Part shown: positions 25,401-37,292 of the stretch, in pieces
Layout of the letters: every line of letters starts with the position of its first letter
How positions within the stretch are numbered: position 1 is the first letter of the stretch
Assembly: GCF_006345805.1 (NCBI RefSeq)
Contig: NC_043006.1
Span: 48,112,001 to 48,176,000 of the forward strand
DNA length: 64,000 bases
Source: Octopus sinensis
Lineage: Eukaryota
Direction: 5' to 3'
Notes under the pieces: model-generated
Seen by the model: only the letters and a program-made list of their open reading frames with translations
Told to the model about the DNA's origin: nothing
Databases searched by the model: none
Position numbers and translations under genes: made by a program

Positions 25401-26746
25401 TTATCATAAAACTAATAAATCATACCTCTCAGGCAGCGATATATACTGTAGCCTATTGAGAAAAATCTGGGTGAGGCAAAGAATCGAGTGGATGGTTTTA
25501 TATGTAGTGGAACAGATGCTTTGTTGTGCCATTTAATTGATGAGATATGTGTATTTAAGTTCAAGAAAGACAGAGTAATATTCTATCTGCATTGAACGAG
25601 TGCATTACCCTCTATGTTAAAAGCATTGTAATAGGATTTCGTTGAATCATTTACGGCATCTATTGCACAAGAAGATAAACTTGCCTAACCTTACACATAT
25701 TATCGTTTTATGGAAAGAAGAATTGCTTAAATTAATAAAAAGCATAGAATCCTTATTATTTGTTTTTTGTATTTTTATTTTATAAATTTGCTACTCTGCA
25801 CCGAATATTTAATGCCAATTATATTCATTTAAGTTTTTGTAATAATACAGGGCATCCAGGTCCGTTTTATATAGTGTGTACTTTACTCTATTAGCTATTT
25901 TCTTCCGTAAAGTTTTTCGTCATAATCAGTGATGAAACAAATTCGGCCCAAAATGAAATCAAAGATAACCAAATATGCCGCCCGTCCTACAATGTGTGTA
26001 GTATAGATGAAACCAGATGTTCAACTAAAGTTTATTTGAATAAAAGCACATGTAAAGAATATATTAGATGAACAATAGGGTGAATACGTTCAGGCGAATC
26101 AATGATTAAATTAAGCGGGTAGGACAAAAATATCATTCCAAATGATTAAGTGTAATTATATTCGCTTGGTAAACCACTTCAAAGAATCTTTCATCATAAA
26201 CGAATCTTTTACAAATCGTTTGTGATATTTAAGTTTCTTAAAAGAAGCTTTACTTTGTTGCCAAAACTTTTTGTAAATAAAAATCAAAAAGAAAATGTAG
26301 AGAGATATAAAAAGTCTCTCTTTATAGAAAAATTGAAGAGAATTACTATTACTATAAATATTGATATTTCTTATTCAATTCTGACCATTCAAAAACATAT
26401 CTCTTTATGGATAAAAACAATGTAGGTTTTACCCGTGGTCACCGGGCATGAAATTGAAAAAACTCGTAAAATATGTTCATTTTTATCACATTATGACCAC
26501 AACATTCTTCAGTCCAATAATGTTTTCAGAGAAAATACACGAAGGAGCCATTAGAATATAATAAAAAAAAAATCATTAGGAATCTAGAAAGTAAAGAATA
26601 AGGTCTGACATAATTTTTTTTCCATAGATTCATTCGTAAGTGATTGTAGACCTACATAATATCATCAAAAGCATTCTCGTTTTTGTGGGCAGGAATCAAC
26701 CAAACTTAGCCAAAAAATTCACTACTGACGTATGTATATATATATG

Positions 26747-26781
<35 letters not shown>

Positions 26782-26784
<3 letters not shown>

Positions 26785-26834
26785 CTTCCTGAAGATTTCA
26801 TCTGAATGAAACAGTTCTAGTCCTGTAGAAGCTC
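26782..26834 (+). ncRNA. Putative type I hammerhead ribozyme
   Basis: Stem I GAGCTTC/GAAGCTC (7 bp), core CTGAAGA, stem II T-TTC-ATCT-GAA-T, GAAA, stem III CAG-TTCTAGTC-CTG, cleavage triplet GTA (A26827). All conserved core bases are present; the stem II closing pair is a U.U mismatch. Confidence 0.7.
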
Positions 26835-26915
26835 CTTCTATAAAATAAATTACTTTACTCTGCTATGTATTGAGTACCTTATTTACTGTGGTTAACCCCG
26901 ACTCAACCCGGGACC

Positions 26916-26963
<48 letters not shown>

Positions 26964-26995
26964 AGCACACACTCATATAAATATATATACGTAGG

Positions 26996-27280
26996 AGGAG
27001 GCACATGATCTAGTGGTTAGAGCAGCGAGTTCGAATCTCAGACCGGACGATGTGTGTGTTTATGAGCGAAACACCTAAGTTCCACGCGACTCCGGCAGAA
27101 GGTAATGGCGAACTTCTGCTAACTCGCCACAACTTTCTCTCACTCTTTCCTCCTGCATCGCGCAGCTCTTCTGTGACGGACCGACGTCCTGTCCATGGGG
27201 TGGAGGGACCTATACGCCAAGCAAATCGGGAAACCGGTCCTTAGGAGCCAGCCGTGGTTCGAGAAGGAACAAACAAAACA
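26996..27280 (+). mobile_element. tRNA-derived SINE with the head/body of 22555 and a tail related to 4655
   Basis: GAGCGAAACACCTAAGTTCCACG body; GACGGACCGACGTCCTGTCCA...GGGAAACCGG tail. Confidence 0.78.
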
Positions 27281-27375
27281 ATATATGTAGAGAGTGAGAG
27301 AGGGGGAGTGAGACAGAGAAAGAGAGAGGGATGAACAGTACATAGAAATTAAGAAATCAAAAATTATATTTTAAA

Positions 27376-27723
27376 AATAAAGTTGGAAAAGGCACAGAAG
27401 TAAATTTTAGAGAATGTTTAATAAAGTGTAACCGGTTTCGATGTATGCATCGTATCAAATATTACAAAGAATTTTTTGGAAAATCAGAGAGAGAAAAAAA
27501 CATTTGGGGAGGGTTTAACATCCTATACCCATATTTGAGTTCTTAATCAGCTTAAGAACCCAAATATAGGTACGGATTGTTAAACCCCACAAAAATGTGT
27601 TTATCTCTGACACCCACAAAAATTCCTTCCAATATTTCTAATATTTGATAAGACACATACATCGAAACCGGTTATATCTTATTAAACATTCTCTAAAATT
27701 TCTGTGCCTCTTCCAACTTTATT
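27376..27723. repeat. ~350-bp imperfect palindrome (fold-back)
   Basis: Outer arms AATAAAGTTGGAAAAGGCACAGAA / TTCTGTGCCTCTTCCAACTTTATT; inner arms 27531-27546 / 27552-27567 around a 5-nt loop. Confidence 0.88.
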
Positions 27724-28090
<367 letters not shown>

Positions 28091-28689
28091 CATATCATTA
28101 ACCTCTTCTTCAACAGAGGTTTCCAGACCGCGGCAAGTCCGCGTGCACCGTAAGATTTTCATTTATAAATTTCCGTCAATGTATTATAGATGAAAGTGGC
28201 TGGTTACGCTTAAGAGTATGTTTCTAGGAAATGAGGAAAAGAATGTTGAGAAGATTTTATAAATAATATAATTAATAGCGTGGTTGTTTTCTCCTGGCCA
28301 TTTATCTTAAATTTTAATGACGGAAATATAATAGTCTAGAAGTAGACCGTATGCTTATTCTGAAGGCATCCAGTTCGTTGCTATTTTCTTCATATAGCAC
28401 TTACGTATTTTCAATATCGTAATTGCAGTTATTTGACATTTTATTTCTATCAAATTCATCATTATCTCTACATGAATAAATTAGTAAAAAGAATATTACT
28501 AGAGCCCATAAACTTTTTTATTTCATGGGATTCTTATATGAAAGAGATGAAGTGTATTTTAGAGTTTTATACATAAATATATGGAATGGTACTAAATTTA
28601 AGACGTGATGATAAATTTTGGGAGTTTATGGATCGGAAAAAGTGATTGGCATAAGAAATCGCATCCCCTTATAATAATACTCATTACTA

Positions 28690-29290
28690 TAGATACAAGG
28701 ACTGAAAATAATGGGGAGCGATTAGTAGATTACATTGACCTCTGTGCGCAGCTGGTAATTCTTTCATCGTCCCCAGAAATATGTAAGGTAAAGTCGACCT
28801 TGGCGTAATTTAAACTCAGAATGTAAAAACAGACGAAATGCCGTAAATTATTCTGCCACCTTTCCGTCTTATTCTGCCACCTTTTCCGTCTCTTACAATA
28901 ATCCTTTCAACAAAAGACACAAAGCCTGAAATTTTGTAGGAGGGGACTAGTAGATTACATCGACGCCAGTGTTACACTGGTACTTAGTTTATTGACTCGC
29001 AAGAGGATGAAAAGCAAAGTCGACCTCGGCGAAATTTGAACTCAGAACGTAAAGACGGACTAAATCTACAGTTCTATATTTAAGAGATGAGGAATTATGT
29101 ACATTATTTACAATTGACGGATATTTGTCCTCATCTTGTTTGTTGTTGAGGGTATATCAGCCGAAACGTTGTGTTAACAACAAACAAGATGAAGACAAAT
29201 ATCCGTCAATTGTAAATTATGTAAATAATGGATTAAATACTGCTAAGCCTTTTGCCCGGCGTACTAACGATCCTGCCAGTTCGCCACCGT
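28690..29290 (-). mobile_element. Two type M SINE units in tandem, the second interrupted at 29066-29229
   Basis: AAAGTCGACCT.GGCG.AATTT.AACTCAGAA occurs twice; the head CCTGCCAGTTCGCC resumes after the insertion. Confidence 0.8.
29066..29229. mobile_element. Penelope-like terminal-repeat fold-back insertion with 9-bp target duplication
   Basis: Arms 29066-29147 and 29148-29229 are inverted; flanks GGACTAAAT (29057-29065) and GGATTAAAT (29230-29238). Confidence 0.8.
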
Positions 29291-29906
29291 AACCGCCTCC
29301 TTACAATAACAGAACGAGAAGTTGTTATCGATGCATCTTCCAGCATGCACGTTTTCTAATTTTGAGTGAAAGATAGGAATTAGAGTAATCTTACAGGGAT
29401 TTCCATGAATATTTCATAGGAAATTTCCAATTTGATACTTGGTAAACTAGTAAAATTTCTGCATAATGAACTCGCCGCAATTAAAAATATCGTTATATGA
29501 TTAAAAAAAATTTGTTGAAAATTGCATCCTTGATTTCTTGTGCTTTATACGCATCATTCTGGAGCCATGAATATATCTCTTGTTCTGGCGTGTGATGTGC
29601 TGAATATGTATCAGGAGATTTGCACATGACAATAGATTAGTGGAATACGTTAAGTATTATTGAAGCGTCTTTAAGTACCCAATAATAATATGATTGCAAA
29701 GCGGGTTTGGATGTGTTTGCGAAAGAGTTTTTAGTTCAAAATCATCTCGTTTCATTATGGCAACCGGTTCCATGACAGGCAACCAGAAAATCAGAGTTGC
29801 GACTCGAAAAGCTACAGTTTCTAATAAAATATACACTATATATACATACATATATATGTCTGTGTGTGTGTATACGCATGTATACACATGCACACATGTG
29901 TTTGAT

Positions 29907-29977
<71 letters not shown>

Positions 29978-30247
29978 AATTCTATTGTGTGTTTTTGTAT
30001 ATGCATGGTTTTTTTAACCATATGGACTTGTTGTGCGTGTCTCTTGAGAGTATAGAAAATAAACAGAACAGCATGTAATAGATAGCACAGCTCATAATGT
30101 CATGTAAACGGATGTATACGCCAAATCGAGAAAAAGGGTCCCTGCCAATAAATGAATGCCAGCAGACGACAAAAACATCTACAACCATCAGCCATATATT
30201 TATGTGTGTGTATGTACGTATATTTATAGATATACACACGCATATAT

Positions 30248-30285
<38 letters not shown>

Positions 30286-30814
30286 CAAACATACACACAT
30301 ATACATGCATACACACAAATATACACATAGTCACACAAACATGCGCACATATATATGAAAGCCTGAACCAAGAGCTACCTGGTATTTGTTTATGTAAAGG
30401 CTATAAAACTGATAATCTATCGCGTTCCCCAAATCAGCAGACATTTACGTATGACACGATTGTAAGACTGTGAGTCGTTGCCGTCATGATTTGTAGGAAG
30501 ATAAGAATAAATAGTGGCGTAGCTTTCCTGATTGTTACTTAACCGTACGAGACTCTATTACGTTAATCTAATGGTATCATTTACAAAAAAGATATACGTC
30601 AAGATTAGGTCTGTATTTATACATTGACTTTTATAGAAATCAGAAATGTTTTTATGCTGATTGTCATTTACGTGCCGATACTCTTATATATGTATATATA
30701 CATGCATACATACATGTATACATTCATACATAAATACATACATATATTCATAGATACATAGATACATACATACGTACACTCGTACAACTTACCTACATAA
30801 ATACATACATGCAT

Positions 30815-31000
30815 ACATATAAAGCAAAACATACAAATCTGCACATGCATTGACTCCAAAATCTGCACACGCATGCTCAAACATACAAGAATATCCTGCT
30901 GGTGTTGAAATTCCAACGAATGACCCTTGGATCTAGGTTAGAAACCGACTCTTTCTCTATTGGCTAGAAATCTTGAAATAAAACTGAATAATGACATGTA
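30815..31000 (+). mobile_element. Family T RLE 3' UTR end in a (CATA)n context
   Basis: CCTTGGATCTAGGTTAGAAACCGACTCTTTCTCTATTGG..AGAAATCTTGAAATAAAACTGAATAATGACAT matches 14930-15008 and 21424-21520. Confidence 0.8.
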
Positions 31001-31451
31001 TACATAAATACGTACGGACATATATACATACATGGATAATTAAATATATAGACATATAGCCCTACATATATTGTACATGATACATACATACGTGTCGGTG
31101 TGTAAAATGATTTCGATTGGTATTGCTGTTATAGGGTTGAATGCGTTGCGTTATTTGTTCCGCTTCTCAGCGTTCGAAGTTTAGAACACATAACGGTCAT
31201 TTTCGACTTTTGCCCACTGAAGTGCTTGGACAAAAGAATACAAACTTTCAGACTGATACACCCTGGATCGTTCATAGAGCACAATGTTTTCTAAAGCCGT
31301 TTGTGAATACGTTGCTAACTAAAATATAATACTATAAAAAAAGAAATATTATATGAGCACATACCCACACACTTGTGTGCGCTTGCACATTTGCTGGCTG
31401 TGCATGTGAGCGTGTATATGCATATTTATGCACATTTGCATCATATGCAAA

Positions 31452-31635
31452 CCATATTGGTTTCAAATTTTGGTGCGAGGCCAGTAATTACCAGTACTCC
31501 CCTGGTATTTATTCTATCGACACCGAAAGGATGAAAGGCAGAGATGACCTCGGTGGAATTTGAACTCAGACCGTAAAGACAGACGAAATGCTGATAAGCA
31601 ATTTGCTCGGCGTCCTAACGGTTCTTCCACCTCAA
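31452..31635 (-). mobile_element. Type M SINE
   Basis: ATCGACACCGAAAGGATGAAAGGCAGAGATGACCTCGGTGGAATTTGAACTCAGA. Confidence 0.8.
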
Positions 31636-32063
31636 ACCGTGTCACATGCAAATTATATTACGCTACTTCTAAAAGCCAAATACGCGATGGAAAAAAGAAC
31701 TACAAGCAAGATGATAGAAACTGTAACAACATTTCTTTTACTCACTTCTTTTCTTTTTCTCTCTCTCTTGTCCACGTATTCTATAATAACGCAATATGAC
31801 TGAACATTTACTTTGATACTATCTATCCCTGTCATTTAGATTTATGTGAACATTTGATCGTTTAAACGTGTTTGTCCGATTTCTACTTCGTAATTTTAAT
31901 CTCTGTTAAAATCCCATTGTCTTATATATATTTGTATAATTGATAAACAAAAATTGTTGAGACAAGTTTGCTATATATGAAAATAAATCTGTTTAAAGAC
32001 AACTACATGTTTTTCAAATTCAGGTGCACTTTCAAAAACAAATTTCCATATATATAATTATAC

Positions 32064-32230
32064 ACGATGGGTTTCTTTCAATTTCCGCCTACTGAACCCA
32101 CCTAGGAGCCTTTATTCAGCGCGAGGCTACAAATAGAAGACGACGTGCCCAAGGTGCCATGCAGTAGGACTTAACACGGAGCTATGTTTTGGGGAAGAAA
32201 GCTTCTTCCTACACAGCCATACCAGCGCCT
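32064..32230 (-). mobile_element. CORE-like SINE, 5' half only
   Basis: GCCCAAGGTGCCATGCAGTAGGACT...AAGCTTCTTCCTACACAGCCA; ends at the internal TA site. Confidence 0.75.
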
Positions 32231-34381
32231 TTTTTTGTTTGTTTGTTTGTTTTACATCGCAAAAATGATAATTATATGAATATTTCTCATCAGCCTTCAA
32301 GGCAATATGTCACAGCACAATAAAACTTATAATTCACTACATCCTACACAAGATATACACAGCTTTACATAAAGTAATTCTCCGGCGAAACAACAGCATG
32401 ACAAATCAGAATTTTAAAACTGATAGTCACTATAGTATTTTGAAATCAGCTATACACGAATTAAACTATACTCTAACAACAGTATTGAGTTCACTTATTT
32501 TTATCAGTTTGCGAACACGAAGCACAAACTGTATCAATTTACGCCCACACACATTTACGTTCACACACAAATGTAAACACAAACATACGCACACTGATAA
32601 AAACACAAGTAAATACATGCGCGCATACACATGAAAAAACATGTACGGTATGCACGTTACTGACAATGTGCACATACATGTATAATATACACATACGCAC
32701 AGATATCCGCTTACAGGAATTAATTGTCAAGAATATATATATAAAAGAACTCGAGAATTACGAAAGGATAAACATTGAATAAATGAAATAAAAGGATGAA
32801 GGATAAAAAAAAAAGGGGGAAACCAAGATAAATAGACGAGAATAAAATAAGCAAAAATATAGAATGAATGAAAGGAAGAGAAAAATAAACTAAAATAAAA
32901 TATGAAACTTTGTAAAGCGTTTTCACTTTCGAACTACTTATATTATTAATAACACGAATGATGCATTGAAAGTTATTTATAATATTTAGTTTCGAGCTAT
33001 AATTTAAATATAATTTGTTATGTGCAACGGCATAATTCAACAATGATAAAGAGAGATGGATCAAGATAATTGTATTTCAGGCTGTATAAAAAATATTTCA
33101 AATAAATGGTATGAATTATAGAGACTTTTGGTAGGTACTACCGATAGCTTTTTGTCTTTTGTTTATATATTAATTTTTGCTTGGTTTCTTACTTTAATTA
33201 TTTGTCTTTCAGTTGAATGCGAGTGCGTGTTTCTGTGCGTATGCATGTCTCTGAGTCTCTCTGTTCACGTGTATATTTGTGTTTCTACAAAGGTTTTGGA
33301 TTTTGTTTCTCTTTTGTTTTATGAAATTGTCTCCTTGTGTGTTGTGTGTGTGTGTTTGTACGTCTGTGCACATGTGTGCTTATTAAGTCTCAATGCATTG
33401 CTTGGTGTATTAAAATTCATATCAATGCATTGCTTGGTGTATTTAAAATTCATATCAATGTTTGCTTCTATATGCGTCTGTGAGGTGCATGTTTATATTT
33501 CGAAATATCTTTTAATATATATTTATACAAGTCTGCCAGCTCATTCACCAGTCTGTCTGTGCTGTTTTGTATTTTGCATTCTGTTGTTTTTTCTCGTATA
33601 TTTACGTGTCTATTTGTATATATGGTAGCGTATCGGTTTGACTATATGAGTGTGTGTACAATATTTGCGGTTTTTATTTTGTTGTATGAATGAAACGAAA
33701 TATAATTTTCGCTTCAATCTATATTTGTAATATTTTTGTTCGGCTGTTTACAGTTATATTTGAAATATTCTGTTCTATATATATAACATCATATCATGTT
33801 TTGATCCGTTCTCAGTCTATGCATTTCCCATAATCTGTCTCTATTTATATAACTATTCGTGAATTTATGTGCATAGCTATATGAGCGTGCAGTTCCCTCC
33901 ATCTCCCTTTCTATCCGCTTACACTCTCACTCACTCCTTCTCTCACACACTTCTCTCTGTTACACACACACACTCACTCATACACACACACATATACAGA
34001 TGACATGCATAAAGACACACATTCTCCTGTTTCCTATCTATACATGTCTTCTCAGTCGTATTTTTTTTTCTTCCGTGGTATTTGCGGATTTGCTTCATCA
34101 TCAGTTTTAATCGAAAGATGCATATATACTCTTACAAGCAAAAACTTCCACATATCCGTACACACACACACACACACACGTAAATGCACTAACAGAAATA
34201 TATATATACATACAGATACATACATACATACATACATACATACATACATACATACATACATACATAATACATACATATATATATATAAATGCGTGCGTAT
34301 GTGAATGCAGAAACATGTATACACGCACGCAAATATATATGTATATATGTATATGCATATGTATATATATATGTATATATA

Positions 34382-34389
<8 letters not shown>

Positions 34390-34420
<31 letters not shown>

Positions 34421-34484
34421 GAAATATATGAAGAAATATAAATATATATATATATATATATATTTATATTTCTTCATATATTTC

Positions 34485-34515
<31 letters not shown>
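34390..34515. repeat. Perfect palindrome built from (TA)n and TGAAGAAATATATGAAGAAATATAAA
   Basis: Core 34417-34488 is its own reverse complement. Confidence 0.93.
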
Positions 34516-34531
<16 letters not shown>

Positions 34532-34534
<3 letters not shown>

Positions 34535-35432
34535 ATCAATATAGGGTGGCAAGGAAAATTTTGTAGAATTTTATTGCCACCAGCGGCCCAGTGGGAAAAA
34601 ATTAAATAGTCATAGACCATTTTTAAGTTCAACAATAACAATTAAGGAACGGCCATAATAGGCCATTCACCCACTAGAAATAACAGCCAAAGCTTCTACC
34701 GCAAATAAAGATTAATTCCGTAAACAGAGAAAATTAAAAAAACATTTACCCTGTAATTTCTTGTACGGTATACCGTTTCATCCGCTGTTTAATGGTAAAC
34801 TAACATGATTAAATTACATCAAGCCAATCTTCCATAAGCCCTCGGATTCTTCAGCAAGAATAGCTCAAGTCGGAACAGATATTTACACACGAGGCATACC
34901 CAATCTTGCCAAGTCAATATCTGACCTAAAATTTTCAAATCGTCGCACTCGCGCCAAATTTATCGGCAGCAAATAAATATCAGCCGTCGATTCCATTACG
35001 GAATTAACCAAAAAATTCATAATTAATCAATATAGGGTGGCAAGGAAAATTTTGTAGAATTTTATTGCCACCAGCGGCCCAGTGGGAAAAAATTAAATAG
35101 TCATAGACCATTTTTAAGTTCAACAATAACAATTAAGGAACGGCCATAATAGGCCATTCACCCACTAGAAATAACAGCCAAAGCTTCTACCGCAAATAAA
35201 GATTAATTCCGTAAACAGGAGAAAATTAAAAAAACATTTACCCTGTAATTTCTTGTACGGTATACCGTTTCATCCGCTGTTTAATGGTAAACTAACATGA
35301 TTAAATTACATCAAGCCAATCTTCCATAAGCCCTCGGATTCTTCAGCAAGAAATAGCTCAAGTCGGAACAGATATTTACACGAGGCATACCCAATCTTGC
35401 CAAGTCAATATCTGACCTAAAATTTTCAAATC
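34532..35432. repeat. 491-bp-period tandem duplication (second copy partial)
   Basis: 34532-35022 and 35023-35432 differ only by three small indels that I could see. Confidence 0.93.
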
Positions 35433-35522
35433 CTGTTTACGGAATTAATCTTTATTTGCGGTAGAAGCTTTGGCTGTTATTTCTAGTGGGTGAATGGCCT
35501 ATTATGGCCGTTCCTTAATTGT

Positions 35523-35553
<31 letters not shown>

Positions 35554-35591
35554 AAGAAATATATGAAGAAATATAAATATATATATATATA
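35431..35591. repeat. Inverted copy of part of the duplicated unit, then a third copy of the palindrome arm
   Basis: 35431-35526 is the reverse complement of AATAACAATTAAGG...CCGTAAACAGGA; 35527-35591 repeats 34390-34455. Confidence 0.92.
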
Positions 35592-35664
35592 TGTGTGTGT
35601 GTGTATATATATATGTATATATATATACGTATATGTGTATATATATGTATATATTATATATATA

Positions 35665-35711
<47 letters not shown>

Positions 35712-35723
35712 GTATATATATAT

Positions 35724-36132
35724 CGCAAGCGTTGCTGTGTGGTAAGAAGCTTGCTTCCCAACCACATGGTTTCGGGTTGAGCCCCACTGCGTGGCATGTT
35801 GCGTGAGTATCTTCTACTATAGCCTCAGGACGACCAATGTCTTGTGAATGGATTTGGTAGGCGGAAACTGAAAGAAGCTTGTCGTATTTATATATATGCA
35901 TGTGTGTGTATATATGTGTGTGTGTGTGTTTTTGTGTATATGTTTGTCCCCCCACCATTGCTTGACAACCGACATTGGTGTGTTTATATCCCCGTAGCTA
36001 AGGGGTTCGGCAAAGCAGACCGATACAATAAGTACTAGGCTTACAAAGAATATGTCCTGGGGTTGATTTGTTCGACTAAAGGCGGTGCTCCAGCAAGGCC
36101 GCAGTCAAATGACTGAAACAAGTAAAAGAATA
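35724..36132 (+). mobile_element. CORE-like SINE, near full length
   Basis: Same family as 11759. Confidence 0.87.
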
Positions 36133-36133
36133 A

Positions 36134-36179
<46 letters not shown>

Positions 36180-36206
36180 TATATATACAGATATAGATAG
36201 ATATAG

Positions 36207-36242
<36 letters not shown>

Positions 36243-36275
36243 CATACATACATATATAAAGAGATACAGAGGAAG

Positions 36276-36319
<44 letters not shown>

Positions 36320-36344
36320 GGGTATGCCTTATGCCAATAAGTGT

Positions 36345-36382
<38 letters not shown>

Positions 36383-37231
36383 GTGTATGTGTGCTTGTGT
36401 GTGCGTGTGTCTAATATTGATATGATTTTGTTTTTATATATGAAATAGTAAATAATTCTATTTTCATACATACCTACTTCGGCATACCGAAATGTGGATA
36501 CAACGCACACTCACACACACAAAAACGCACATGTACACACATACCAGCGCACATACACACACCTACACAAATACACACGTAAACATACATATATGTATAT
36601 AAATAATACATGTTTGTATGTGTGAGTGCTTGTGGTGTATGTGAGAATAGATAGAAAGTACAATAGCAAAAACTATTTATCATAGTTACATTCTAATATG
36701 CAATAGTAAAGAGCTCTATCTTTAAATACAATCTTCACCATTTTTATTTTTCCAGATGATAAAAAGAACGCTGATAAAAGAACGTAAATGCCATCATATT
36801 AAAACAAAAAATATATGTAACGGACCTTAGGAACTTTTACCTTTATCGTTTACCGCTTTTAGCTGACTTATTTTTTTTTCTTTTGTAGTTCAATATTTTG
36901 TCTCGCTCTTAATCTGTTTATCTAGGTATATATCAGACCGTCTGTGTGTGCGTCTGTGTGTCTGTGTCTGTGTGAGTATGCATATAGATTCAAGTGTATG
37001 TATATCCGTGAATTTGTTCCTTTGTATTTGTGCACGTTGAATAGACAGACAGATAGGTAGGTAGGTAGGTAGGTAGGTAGGTAGGTAGGTAGGTAGGTAG
37101 GTAGGTAGGTAGGCAGATAGGTAGATAGATAGATACATGTGTGTGTAAATATATATGCATGTATGTATGTGCGTATGTATGTATGTGTATATGAATATAC
37201 ATACTTGTATATTTATACACATACACGTGTG

Positions 37232-37292
<61 letters not shown>

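Noticed and set aside
26628-26635. 8-nt microexon with branch point, polypyrimidine tract and GTAAGT
   Set aside because: Frame-shifting length. A similar 5-nt case at 44325-44329 suggests such patterns occur by chance here.
28110-28340. Possible hAT-type MITE starting CAGAGGTTTCCAGACCGCGG
   Set aside because: No matching second TIR or 8-bp TSD found.
33128-33628. 166-aa hydrophobic ORF
   Set aside because: TG-rich degenerate low-complexity sequence with no motif.
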